From an uncultured virus (IMG/VR IMGVR_UViG_3300003321_000657) (lineage: Duplodnaviria; Heunggongvirae; Uroviricota; Caudoviricetes): DNA of 20,000 nt. Numbering within the stretch: the first letter of the stretch is position 1; each line of letters starts with the position of its first letter. The stretch is taken from the IMG/VR virus record IMGVR_UViG_3300003321_000657. One strand, 5' to 3'. This document shows, piece by piece, positions 1-7,889 of this stretch. The notes under the pieces are model-generated. The model was given only the letters and a program-made list of their open reading frames with translations, had not been told where the DNA came from and searched no databases. Made by a program: the position numbers and the translations under genes.

Positions 1-2
1 AC

Positions 3-509
3 AAGGGCGCTTCGCCAGCAGCCGCCACCGTCCCGGCCGGAGTGCCGACCACTGGCGAAGAGGTGAAGCCGAATGCCGCGCCGCCGACTGAGCATAGCGC
101 AGCGCCAGCGCAAGCTGCTGCCGCTGCGGCTCCGGCCGAACCGGCAAAGCAGGCGACTGGCGAAGTACTGACGGCCACGTCTGAGATCACCAACGTCTCC
201 AAGGTCAAGGATAGCAATCCGACGTGCTGGAAGATGAAGGACGAGACGTCGGGTCAGTACATCACCGAGGACTTCGAACTCGCGAAGAAGTTCAAGACCG
301 CCTACGAGAAGAAGATCAAGCAGTTGATCGAATACGTGGAACGCTCGGCGCTGACGGAGAAGTACGGAAACAAGTTCTGGGAAGTCGTCGGCATTTCCGA
401 TGCGCCAGTGGATTCCGACATGCCGCCCGGAGCAGACGTATGGCCGGGAGACGATCTCGGCGAAGAGCCAGCGGCCGCAATCGAGAATCTGCCGGAGACG
501 CCGCAGTAA
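3..509 (+). CDS. C-terminal part of a protein truncated at the window start; possibly a single-strand annealing recombinase (Bet/RecT/ERF-type C-terminus)
   Basis: Frame is open from base 3 (KGASPAAATVPAGV...). Ala/Pro linker, small beta-rich domain (WKMKDETSGQYITEDFELAK...IEY), acidic tail. Function inferred from architecture only. Confidence 0.4.
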   Translation, partial: KGASPAAATVPAGVPTTGEEVKPNAAPPTEHSAAPAQAAAAAAPAEPAKQATGEVLTATSEITNVSKVKDSNPTCWKMKDETSGQYITEDFELAKKFKTAYEKKIKQLIEYVERSALTEKYGNKFWEVVGISDAPVDSDMPPGADVWPGDDLGEEPAAAIENLPETPQ

Positions 510-600
510 CGAGGAGGTGATGTGTAGCGCATGATGAGGACTGTACGTGTGACACATGTCATTCGAAGCGAGCGTTCGCGTCATTAAAACGAGTGAGAAA

Positions 601-775
601 TTGAGGCGGCGTGGACAGCGACACGCAGGCGGCGCCGGATGGCGTACGTGACGGCAATTGGCCGGATGGCCTTAACCTTGCAGGGTTGCCGAGTCGGTGA
701 CAATGCGGCGAGTAAGCTTGACCAGTGACTGCAATCATCTGGAGTTTAGCTAAAGCCGACAATTCCGATCCTCAA
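601..775 (+). ncRNA. Putative structured, tRNA-shaped ncRNA
   Basis: TTGAGG(601-606)/CCTCAA(770-775) closing stem; D-arm-like GCGTG-GACAGCGA-CACGC (609-626); stem ATC(T)GGAG/TTCCGAT (737-744/763-769) directly before the 3' strand; intergenic. Confidence 0.4.
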
Positions 776-793
776 CTTTTTAGGATTCGACCG

Positions 794-1339
794 ATGGCAT
801 CCATCGCTGGCGGACACAAGCCAAACAAAGGCGTCGACAACTGCGACTGGTTGACGCCACCTGAGATCCTGAAGGCGCTCGGTCCTTTCGATCTTGATCC
901 GTGTGCTGCCCCACGGATGCCGTGGGAGACAGCGAGGAAGATGCTGACGAAGGAGACCGATGGATTTAATGCGGACTGGGGTGAGTCTCGCGTATTTTTA
1001 AATCCGCCGTACGGCCTCCAAACTGCTCCGTGGATGAGAAAAATGTCCGCCCACGGCAACGGGATCGCACTGATCTTCGCGCGCACAGAGACCAAGCTGT
1101 GGCAGGAGTGGGTGTGGAAACGCGCATCTGGCATTCTCTTTCTGTCTGAGAGGCTGTTCTTTTACGACATGGACGGCCAACGCGCCGCGCACAATTCTGG
1201 CGGACCATCGGCCTTGGTGGCGTATGACCGTAAAGACGGGAGTGGCTGGAATCGATCTTGTTTGAGCATCTGCGGCCTGTCTGGCGCATTCGTGGACGGG
1301 AAGGATGTGAGGTGGTGCGACTCTAGGACTGAACAATGA
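794..1339 (+). CDS. Phage DNA N6-adenine methyltransferase (Dam-like)
   Basis: DWLTPPEI, FDLDPCA, VFLNPPYG, GIALIFARTET motifs. AGGA RBS before ATG 794, preferred over GTG 725. Confidence 0.92.
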   Translation: MASIAGGHKPNKGVDNCDWLTPPEILKALGPFDLDPCAAPRMPWETARKMLTKETDGFNADWGESRVFLNPPYGLQTAPWMRKMSAHGNGIALIFARTETKLWQEWVWKRASGILFLSERLFFYDMDGQRAAHNSGGPSALVAYDRKDGSGWNRSCLSICGLSGAFVDGKDVRWCDSRTEQ

Positions 1340-1587
1340 CCACATTCGAACTGATGCAACAGACTCTCGCGAAGCTACGCGCCGTCCACGGCTGGGACGG
1401 CATGTTCAACATCTGGATTGACCGCTACGGCATCCAGCGCATCCGGCTGGAGTACGCATTAGAGACCGATACGGACGATTCTCCAGACAGGGTCCATCAT
1501 TACAAAGAGAGGGTTGGCGGAGAACCGTGGCAGAATCTCGAAGAGTTGATCGCGCAGTTCTGTAAAGAATGCGTGGAGGGTCTGTGA
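1336..1587 (+). CDS. Hypothetical protein
   Basis: ATGA overlap with the methylase; AGGA RBS. Confidence 0.75.
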   Translation: MTTFELMQQTLAKLRAVHGWDGMFNIWIDRYGIQRIRLEYALETDTDDSPDRVHHYKERVGGEPWQNLEELIAQFCKECVEGL

Positions 1588-2051
1588 TGGCGCTCGAAGA
1601 TCCGGAGCAACTCAAGCTGTTGAAGAAGGCGAAGCGGCCCAAGTACGGCAATCAAAAGGTCGAGCTGGACGGCCATGTGTTCGATAGCAAGGCTGAAGCG
1701 GCGCATTACATCTACCTACGCAAGTTCTGTGGAAAGTGCGGCGATTGCGTAACGATGTTCGTGGTCAAGCCGCCGCCGATCGTGTTTAGATCCGGAATCA
1801 AGTACTACCCGGACTTCTACGTCGCGACATGGCGATACACGCCCGTGTCGGCAATGACTCCGCACGGTAGCGCGAAGAAGATTGCATCCCACTACATCGA
1901 CGTGAAAGGCACGGAAACCAGAACGTTTCTAATGAAGATGAAGATGCTGAAAAACGAATACCCGAAGATCTTCGCGAAGCTCGAAAAGCCACGGTGGAAC
2001 GCGGCGCAGGCCGACGCCATGATCAAGGGCTACGAGGCTGAGCCTAAATGA
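1587..2051 (+). CDS. DUF1064-family PD-(D/E)XK nuclease-like protein
   Basis: KYGNQKVELDGHVFDSKAEA, YYPDF, IDVKG motifs; GGAGG RBS; TGATG overlap. Confidence 0.85.
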   Translation: MALEDPEQLKLLKKAKRPKYGNQKVELDGHVFDSKAEAAHYIYLRKFCGKCGDCVTMFVVKPPPIVFRSGIKYYPDFYVATWRYTPVSAMTPHGSAKKIASHYIDVKGTETRTFLMKMKMLKNEYPKIFAKLEKPRWNAAQADAMIKGYEAEPK

Positions 2052-2209
2052 GGAGGGCATTCTTCTACTGTTCGCGCTGCGTGATCTGCGGCCAGTTCTT
2101 CATTCACCATCACGGCCTGCGGCGGACGGCGTGCAGCAAGAAACAGTGCAAGCAGCGCAACCACAGCCGGAACGCGTGTACGTCATACCATCGAAGAAAG
2201 GCATCATGA
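2048..2209 (+). CDS. Small zinc-finger protein (53 aa, not in ORF track)
   Basis: MRRAFFYCSRCVICGQFF...TACSKKQCKQRNH; ATGA overlaps at both ends. Confidence 0.75.
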   Translation: MRRAFFYCSRCVICGQFFIHHHGLRRTACSKKQCKQRNHSRNACTSYHRRKAS

Positions 2210-2427
2210 ACTACCGTGTGGTCAGCGGACAACTGGACATGCTCGTAGAAGTGAACGGCGGACCTGACAAGGCGATCGCCGAAGCCTTGGCGCGCAACGA
2301 GAAAAAAAGGAAACGTTTTGTTTTATCCAGCGAGATCGAGGTCACGCCGATCGACAAGAAGCCGGTCAAGTTCGTGACCACAGAGATCTTAAAGAAGCTT
2401 GGTAAATGGGAGGAGGCAAAGGCATGA
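2206..2427 (+). CDS. Hypothetical protein
   Basis: ATG 2206 coupled to the stop of the Zn-finger ORF (MNYRVVSGQL...). Confidence 0.75.
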   Translation: MNYRVVSGQLDMLVEVNGGPDKAIAEALARNEKKRKRFVLSSEIEVTPIDKKPVKFVTTEILKKLGKWEEAKA

Positions 2428-2621
2428 ATGATGAGATTCGCGACTTTGCGCTCTACGTCAACTTCCTCGCGTCAATGACGCTATTTATCTTCGCCGGGAT
2501 CGCGTTCGTGGAATTTCGAGTCTGGCGATACCTGTTCGTGTCTCTAGCAGCTCTGGTGTGGCCGTTTCTGGTGAAGCTGGCCGCGAATTATGTCGAGAAG
2601 AAGATTGGAGGAGACTCATGA
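2424..2621 (+). CDS. Small membrane protein (2 TM)
   Basis: Two hydrophobic stretches; GGAGG RBS; ATGA overlaps. Confidence 0.75.
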   Translation: MNDEIRDFALYVNFLASMTLFIFAGIAFVEFRVWRYLFVSLAALVWPFLVKLAANYVEKKIGGDS

Positions 2622-2968
2622 AGGTTCACCACGTCAAGTCGCGGTCGCATCTGTTTGCCGGGTTCAGCAACGGCACGCGGACATTCGACCTGCGTTTGAA
2701 TGATCGTGATTATCAGGTTGGCGATGCGATCGTGTTTGAGGAATGGCGTCACGAACTAGTCACCAGTGACGAACAGCGCTTCACCGGCAAGAAAGAGGTG
2801 CGAGTGATCTCTGCGATCGATCCGATCCTGAATATCCCGGGAGTATTGGATGCGATGCCGATTTCAGATAACTCTAATCCATTCGGCCGGATCAAAAAGT
2901 ACGTCATCCTGTCTCTACGTCTAGTGACAGAGATGGACGCGTGCAGGATGTTTAGCGAGTCAAAGTAA
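2618..2968 (+). CDS. ASCH/PUA-like (DUF3850) domain protein
   Basis: HHVKS...GTRTFDLRLNDRDYQVGDAIVFEEW...FTG...YVILSL. Confidence 0.88.
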   Translation: MKVHHVKSRSHLFAGFSNGTRTFDLRLNDRDYQVGDAIVFEEWRHELVTSDEQRFTGKKEVRVISAIDPILNIPGVLDAMPISDNSNPFGRIKKYVILSLRLVTEMDACRMFSESK

Positions 2969-2980
2969 AAGGAGAACGTC

Positions 2981-3319
2981 ATGGCGAGAGAAAGGCTGGC
3001 TCCATCGCAACTGGATACACCAGCATTCCGGAAGATCGTCGCAACGGCACCGGATTACATGCGCGATCTGACGGAGCTGTACCGCGATCACAACGACTAT
3101 AACGATCGCGTCAAGATCAAGGTCCGCATCAAGATTTTGCTCGACCTTCTGTCGGTCGACACTGCTTACCCGGCCGAGCTACCCAAGAGTCAGCCGGGCA
3201 TGAACCGCATCAACGTACACGACAACAACGGCATGGCCGCACCGTTAGCTCCTGCCGTAAATGTCGTCAACCCGATCGCCCAAGGAGAAGGACGCAATGG
3301 AAACCAAGACCAGCTCTGA
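2981..3319 (+). CDS. Hypothetical protein
   Basis: AAGGAG RBS, ATG start. Confidence 0.75.
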   Translation: MARERLAPSQLDTPAFRKIVATAPDYMRDLTELYRDHNDYNDRVKIKVRIKILLDLLSVDTAYPAELPKSQPGMNRINVHDNNGMAAPLAPAVNVVNPIAQGEGRNGNQDQL

Positions 3320-3791
3320 CGTCAACTGCGTGATCGCGGTGACCGGTCCGTCCGGTCACACGCAACTGGAATTTCGCGACGACGGCGTCGTGATCGACTG
3401 GGCCAAGACCACCGGTAAAGAGCGGGACATGATCACGGCCATGATCGAGAACGCCCGCAAGGAAGGCTTCACGACATGGGCGCTTAACGACGAAGACCAG
3501 CCGGAGGAGATCACGGAGAAGCTGCCCGGGTTCTTCTTCAACCGCAAAGGCCGCATGCTGCTCAAGACTGACTCGCCGCCAAAGTTGCAGGTGCTCGCCA
3601 AGGGCATCATTGATCAGCGCATCAAGAACGGCAAGGTGGCGATGGAGGTCGGAAAGGACGGAGAGTGGAAGATCATTTCCTTGGGCGATTTCCAGCTCAA
3701 GATCGCCGACAAAGAGCCCAAGATCAAGAAGGAAGTCGAGAAAAAAGAGCCGCAGAAAGTCCACGTTCAGGAAAAGATTGGAGGCGGCTGA
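3297..3791 (+). CDS. Protein ending in -IGGG; candidate ubiquitin-like modifier
   Basis: AAGGAG RBS; C-terminal KIGGG*; two similar segments (RKEGFTTWALNDED and KNGKVAMEVGKDGE). Confidence 0.6.
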   Translation: METKTSSDVNCVIAVTGPSGHTQLEFRDDGVVIDWAKTTGKERDMITAMIENARKEGFTTWALNDEDQPEEITEKLPGFFFNRKGRMLLKTDSPPKLQVLAKGIIDQRIKNGKVAMEVGKDGEWKIISLGDFQLKIADKEPKIKKEVEKKEPQKVHVQEKIGGG

Positions 3792-4003
3792 TGAGGCGCA
3801 TTTCAGAGCGAAGGCTCACGCGGCTGGAGTTCGAGGTCGGCAGCCACGATCCGCACCATCCACTCATTGACATGGTCGAGGAGATCCGCGCGCTGCGGAA
3901 GCTGGAGGAGGCTGTGCGCGCCCGCGGCGAACTGCCGGAAACGGCCGGGGAGATGGGCATCCGGGAAGAGCTGGCAAAGATCCCGGAGCTAAAGGAGGAG
4001 TGA
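3791..4003 (+). CDS. Hypothetical protein
   Basis: TGATG overlap, GGAGG RBS (MRRISERRL...). Confidence 0.7.
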   Translation: MRRISERRLTRLEFEVGSHDPHHPLIDMVEEIRALRKLEEAVRARGELPETAGEMGIREELAKIPELKEE

Positions 4004-4197
4004 TGAGCGAAAAATTCTGGTTCCGGTTAGCGGCAATGGCCTGTGGAACTCTTATCGGCATCATCGTGATCGTCGAGGTCTCGCGACATATGGAAGACCG
4101 GCTGTTGTACGAGTCTGGTCTGCGGCCGCAGGTTGAGCACGATGCTCTCGGCAATCGAAGGCTCTACTGGAGTCGGCCAGCATCGGAGCAGTTCTGA
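4003..4197 (+). CDS. Small single-TM membrane protein
   Basis: AGGAGG RBS; hydrophobic LAAMACGTLIGIIVIV. Confidence 0.7.
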   Translation: MSEKFWFRLAAMACGTLIGIIVIVEVSRHMEDRLLYESGLRPQVEHDALGNRRLYWSRPASEQF

Positions 4198-4475
4198 TGG
4201 CGTTCGACACGAAAAAGCTCAAGCCGCCGCCCGGGCATCCGCGCTTCCGGATCAAAGAGAACGGCGAGATCAGTTTCCAAGTCGCGCCAGTGAGCTACGG
4301 CTGGCGCTTTGTTAGAGAACTGGACGGATATGAGCGCGAATGCGTGTGTTGCGTGGCCTACCGTCACTGGCGGCTGATCCGCGACGAAAATCCAGAGAGC
4401 TGGGATAACATTAAGCAGGAAAAGATGGCGTCAGATCAGATGCGCTACTGGGATGATTTCCGAGAGAGTAAGTGA
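4197..4475 (+). CDS. Hypothetical protein (CxC-C cluster)
   Basis: TGATG overlap, GGAG RBS. Confidence 0.7.
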   Translation: MAFDTKKLKPPPGHPRFRIKENGEISFQVAPVSYGWRFVRELDGYERECVCCVAYRHWRLIRDENPESWDNIKQEKMASDQMRYWDDFRESK

Positions 4476-4759
4476 TCTACAGATACCGCGCCCGCTGCCG
4501 TCGTTGCAAGCGAGAGATCAGCAGCCCGGTCGAATGGCTGGATAAGCCGTACTGTATGTGCGGACGACAAATGGTTCGATTGCCGAATAGGACAGACGAT
4601 GAACTACGACATGACCACACCCTGCAACGACTGTCCATTCCTGAAAAAGTACAAGAAGGGATTCACGACGCGAAGGCTCCAAGAGTTCATACAGGGCGAG
4701 TTTCCGTGCCACAAGACGGCCGAAGACGACGAAGAGGAAGGGCTTGTCGGAACGGATAA
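4472..4759 (+). CDS. Zinc-ribbon protein; 3' half overlaps the next gene
   Basis: YRARCRRC...PYCMCGRQMVR; GTGA overlap. Confidence 0.55.
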   Translation: MIYRYRARCRRCKREISSPVEWLDKPYCMCGRQMVRLPNRTDDELRHDHTLQRLSIPEKVQEGIHDAKAPRVHTGRVSVPQDGRRRRRGRACRNG

Positions 4760-4889
4760 AAGCTCTCATTGCGCAGGCGCGCTCATCTATATGGAAAAGC
4801 ACAACCGTAGTCACCAGATGATGCGGATCGCTGAGCGTCTGTGCCTGTACGATCATACGAAGCTAAACATGGAGGCGGATGTACGATGA
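4599..4889 (+). CDS. Cys/His metal-binding phage protein (DUF6283-like)
   Basis: PCNDCPF...FPCHKT...HCAGAL pattern. Confidence 0.75.
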   Translation: MNYDMTTPCNDCPFLKKYKKGFTTRRLQEFIQGEFPCHKTAEDDEEEGLVGTDKSSHCAGALIYMEKHNRSHQMMRIAERLCLYDHTKLNMEADVR

Positions 4890-5125
4890 ACGATCCGCTG
4901 GTGGAAGTTCGTAACCCGCACGGCATCGATCTGATCAAGATCGCGTTCCGTCGCATGAAGGTTCCACAGAATGTCGTCGATCATCGCATTATCGCCGGAG
5001 ATTGTACGCGCGCTGGCGGCGACCGTATCTGTGAGCGCTGTGGCCTCGAATACCGCGATCATCCGGTAATCGACGGCATGGAGTTTCTTCACGTGATCTG
5101 CGATTGGAGGGTGTACAAGCTGTGA
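4886..5125 (+). CDS. Hypothetical zinc-binding protein
   Basis: RAGGDRICERCG..Y..HP...LHVICD; ATGA overlap. Confidence 0.75.
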   Translation: MNDPLVEVRNPHGIDLIKIAFRRMKVPQNVVDHRIIAGDCTRAGGDRICERCGLEYRDHPVIDGMEFLHVICDWRVYKL

Positions 5126-5127
5126 AT

Positions 5128-5430
5128 ATGATCACCCTGCCTGATCCGAGGGATGCCACGCGCATGATCGAGTTGGAGATCCCAGCCGACTGCGAGTATT
5201 TCCAGCGCGGAGTTTTGAAGCCGGTCTGGAATTTCGTTATGCCGCCCGGCCGCGGGATAGAGATCCGGATCTGCGCCGAGCTGCCAATCATTGCCGCCGT
5301 GGCCGCTGAGTGGTGGGACGCCAAGGCGCAATTCGAAATGTCTCAGAAGGACGACACTTACCGCGCATATGCGCGGAGATGGCGCTTATTCACGGCTCAA
5401 CCCACACTCGATAGCGCATTGGAGAACTGA
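5128..5430 (+). CDS. Hypothetical protein
   Basis: Fills the gap on the + strand; start at ATG 5128 or GTG 5122. Confidence 0.7.
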   Translation: MITLPDPRDATRMIELEIPADCEYFQRGVLKPVWNFVMPPGRGIEIRICAELPIIAAVAAEWWDAKAQFEMSQKDDTYRAYARRWRLFTAQPTLDSALEN

Positions 5431-5432
5431 CG

Positions 5433-6173
5433 ATGGATCATCCATTTGAACTGGCGCAGAATGCCGTCAAGATCGTCATCGAGCACGGCACGCATCACTC
5501 CGGCCGAAAACATATCGACGTCCAGCCGGAGTACTGCCTGAAATCCGCCGCTCAAGAGCTATCCGAATTAACGTTCGCAGAAGGCGTCTCACAGAACTGC
5601 GCGGCTGATAATAGACTAGAAGAGCTGGCCGACGTCTTCATCGCGCTCTTCCACTACAAGTTTAAAGTGCTCTATCAAATGCGAGACGGTATCACCGATC
5701 TTGAGCTGGCGCTCATGATCGTCAAGAAGCTGGCCGCGCGCAATGAAATGCCGCAGAGCTGGAAAGACAAATTGTGGTCGATCGAAGCATCGCTGATCAA
5801 TCAGCTACCGATCAGCAATAGAGATGAGTCTCCGTATCCAAAGCGCAAGACGCTTGCCGACTGCAAGACTCCGAACGAAGCGAAGGCGCTCAATGGCGAC
5901 AGTAACTACGTCTGCACGGGCAAGTGGTTAGAGGATTCTGGGCAAGCCGGGAGCGCAGTCGTCGTCAGTATCAACGGCAAGGACTGTTACTATCGCTACG
6001 GGCTTACGTGTGTGACCCTCTTCTGGCTCAAGGTCGAAGTGCTGGCGCGAAACGGTTACGGGGCCGATCAGCTCGAAGACTGGACACTCATTACCTACGG
6101 CGGATCACGCGTAGATCTAAACCAATTGGTCAGCGTTGGCACGTACTTCCTCAACAAACGTGGCGGAGCTTAA
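5433..6173 (+). CDS. MazG-like NTP pyrophosphohydrolase domain fused to a C-terminal DUF2604-like ubiquitin-like domain
   Basis: N-term QELSEL...RLEELADVFIAL (all-alpha NTP-PPase pattern). C-term VVSING...VLARNGY...EDWTL...G..VDLNQ...YFLNKRGGA. Confidence 0.6.
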   Translation: MDHPFELAQNAVKIVIEHGTHHSGRKHIDVQPEYCLKSAAQELSELTFAEGVSQNCAADNRLEELADVFIALFHYKFKVLYQMRDGITDLELALMIVKKLAARNEMPQSWKDKLWSIEASLINQLPISNRDESPYPKRKTLADCKTPNEAKALNGDSNYVCTGKWLEDSGQAGSAVVVSINGKDCYYRYGLTCVTLFWLKVEVLARNGYGADQLEDWTLITYGGSRVDLNQLVSVGTYFLNKRGGA

Positions 6174-6175
6174 AT

Positions 6176-7672
6176 ATGTGGGGTGAATTCCACGACTCTC
6201 CATACTTGGTCGCGCTGGCCGAGAATCCGGACTTCGTCCCGGAGAACGAACAGCGCGCCATGGAATTGATGCAATCGCTCTGCGATCCGGAGCGCTTTGG
6301 CATCTACATCCAGACTGGCTGCATCCACGCGCGCGGCAACCTCACGGGTAAGATCTACCGCATCGAACACGGTAAGGGCCACGGCGCCGGGTGCTGGGAG
6401 CTCGAAGATGGTAAGCCGCAGTTCTACTGGTGTACTACCAAGAGCGCAGAGACATGGAAGGCGGATATTCCCGACACCGACCATGTCCTCACGCTCAAGA
6501 ATATGATCGAGGGCGAAGAAGCGCGCTTCCGCACGATCGCCAATCGCAGCTCGGCCGACTACCACCGCATGGATACCTTCGAAGATGAGGGCAGCTACCG
6601 TAATTTTGCGGCCGTCATGAAACAGAGCCCGTACGAGATCTCGATCGCCAAGGAAAGTAGCGCACTCGAAAAGAAGCACGATCTGGGAGTGATGATCTAC
6701 CGCGACCCGTTCTTCGACGAGATCAAGAAGGACGGCGACTCTGGCTTCGAAGACAATGTCGACATGCTTACGGTCGGAGCTGAATCCATGTTCCGACTTC
6801 ACCCGCAGCTCAAGCGCTGGCGCAACAACGCCGGTCCGCATGACATTCAGATTCTCGATGAGATCCGCCCGGGCGATCTGGATCTTGTCCGCGTCTGCCG
6901 CACCAACGATCTGTGGCCGTACGAAGGTGAGCCGCCCGGCTACCCGGGTCCCCGCGCCACGGATGCCTACGCTTGCGAACGCTTCAATAAGGCACAGCGC
7001 CTCCATCACATGACCATGGCCTTCGACGATCGCGTAGAGCACATGGTCCGCAATGAAGCGGCCGATCTTGGTCCCGATAACGGCACCTGCTACTTACAAG
7101 GGTTTATCGACGGCATGGCAACTGCCCGGCCGCGTCGGCGTGAGCGTGAATGGGCCGGGCTGGAGCGTCTCGATATCAACCCAGCAGACGCAGAAGGCTA
7201 CGTCCCGGGCTTTCTTGAAGCGGACGACATGCAGGCGCACATGGAGCCGCGCGATGCCGCCATCTTCCGCGACGCGTACATGCGCGGCCTTGAAGCCCGC
7301 AATCAACAGAACAATCAGCTCAACTATGGATTTGGAAACTACTACCCGCTGGCGATCAATGGTCCGATCGATTGCGGATACAATGCGAGAACTTTGACGG
7401 TCACAAACAGCGCCTACTACACAATTAAGCCGCTCAAGGCGGAGATCGGCGAGATCAGTGACTCGCCCGGCAGGCGCTGCGAAAGGCTCGAAGACTTCTT
7501 CGCCATAGCGTGCGAATACGACGCCATGGCCGGAATCGATGACGCGGCCGAGCTCAAAGAGATTCCTAACGAGGATCTTACAGCCGCGAAGTGGGATAAT
7601 GATAAGGTTTGTGGAGTCGATCTGAACCTACCCGACGTGGGGATCATGAAGTATTTCGAGGAGGTGGCATGA
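6176..7672 (+). CDS. Large phage protein with an N-terminal Cys-containing domain
   Basis: GGAG RBS, ATG 6176 two bases after the previous stop. RAMELM..L...G...TGKIYRI...FYWC...IP..D.VLTLK.MIEGEE.RF..IANR; later short YxxGFxx repeats. Confidence 0.75.
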   Translation: MWGEFHDSPYLVALAENPDFVPENEQRAMELMQSLCDPERFGIYIQTGCIHARGNLTGKIYRIEHGKGHGAGCWELEDGKPQFYWCTTKSAETWKADIPDTDHVLTLKNMIEGEEARFRTIANRSSADYHRMDTFEDEGSYRNFAAVMKQSPYEISIAKESSALEKKHDLGVMIYRDPFFDEIKKDGDSGFEDNVDMLTVGAESMFRLHPQLKRWRNNAGPHDIQILDEIRPGDLDLVRVCRTNDLWPYEGEPPGYPGPRATDAYACERFNKAQRLHHMTMAFDDRVEHMVRNEAADLGPDNGTCYLQGFIDGMATARPRRREREWAGLERLDINPADAEGYVPGFLEADDMQAHMEPRDAAIFRDAYMRGLEARNQQNNQLNYGFGNYYPLAINGPIDCGYNARTLTVTNSAYYTIKPLKAEIGEISDSPGRRCERLEDFFAIACEYDAMAGIDDAAELKEIPNEDLTAAKWDNDKVCGVDLNLPDVGIMKYFEEVA

Positions 7673-7887
7673 AACTGGTCGATACCGACAAGGTCGTGGA
7701 GTACGACGACAGCCCGGAGATGCAGCGCAAGGTCTTTGACCGCGTCATCAAATGGTTTGTCGAGCACGACGTCTTCGCGGGCGAGTCCGTGGCGCAGATG
7801 GATTCGTGTCAGGTAGACGCTGCTCCGCTGATGGAGGAGCTTGCAGACGATGTCATCCGGTTCAAGGTGAACTATAAGGAGAGCTGA
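7669..7887 (+). CDS. Hypothetical phage protein
   Basis: GGAGGT RBS, ATGA overlap (MKLVDTDK...). Confidence 0.8.
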   Translation: MKLVDTDKVVEYDDSPEMQRKVFDRVIKWFVEHDVFAGESVAQMDSCQVDAAPLMEELADDVIRFKVNYKES

Positions 7888-7889
7888 GT

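Noticed and set aside
601..775. Canonical tRNA gene
   Set aside because: No TTCRA loop, no 7-nt anticodon loop in the right place, and too long.
725..793. GTG 725 start for the methylase
   Set aside because: It lies inside the structured RNA; ATG 794 has an RBS and matches the family start.
794..2051. Methylase plus DUF1064 nuclease as a restriction-modification pair
   Set aside because: Both are common stand-alone phage genes and are not adjacent; nothing suggests they are cognate.
5924..6175. 5' extension of the 582-aa ORF
   Set aside because: It overlaps the Ubl-like domain in another frame; ATG 6176 has an RBS and abuts the previous stop.
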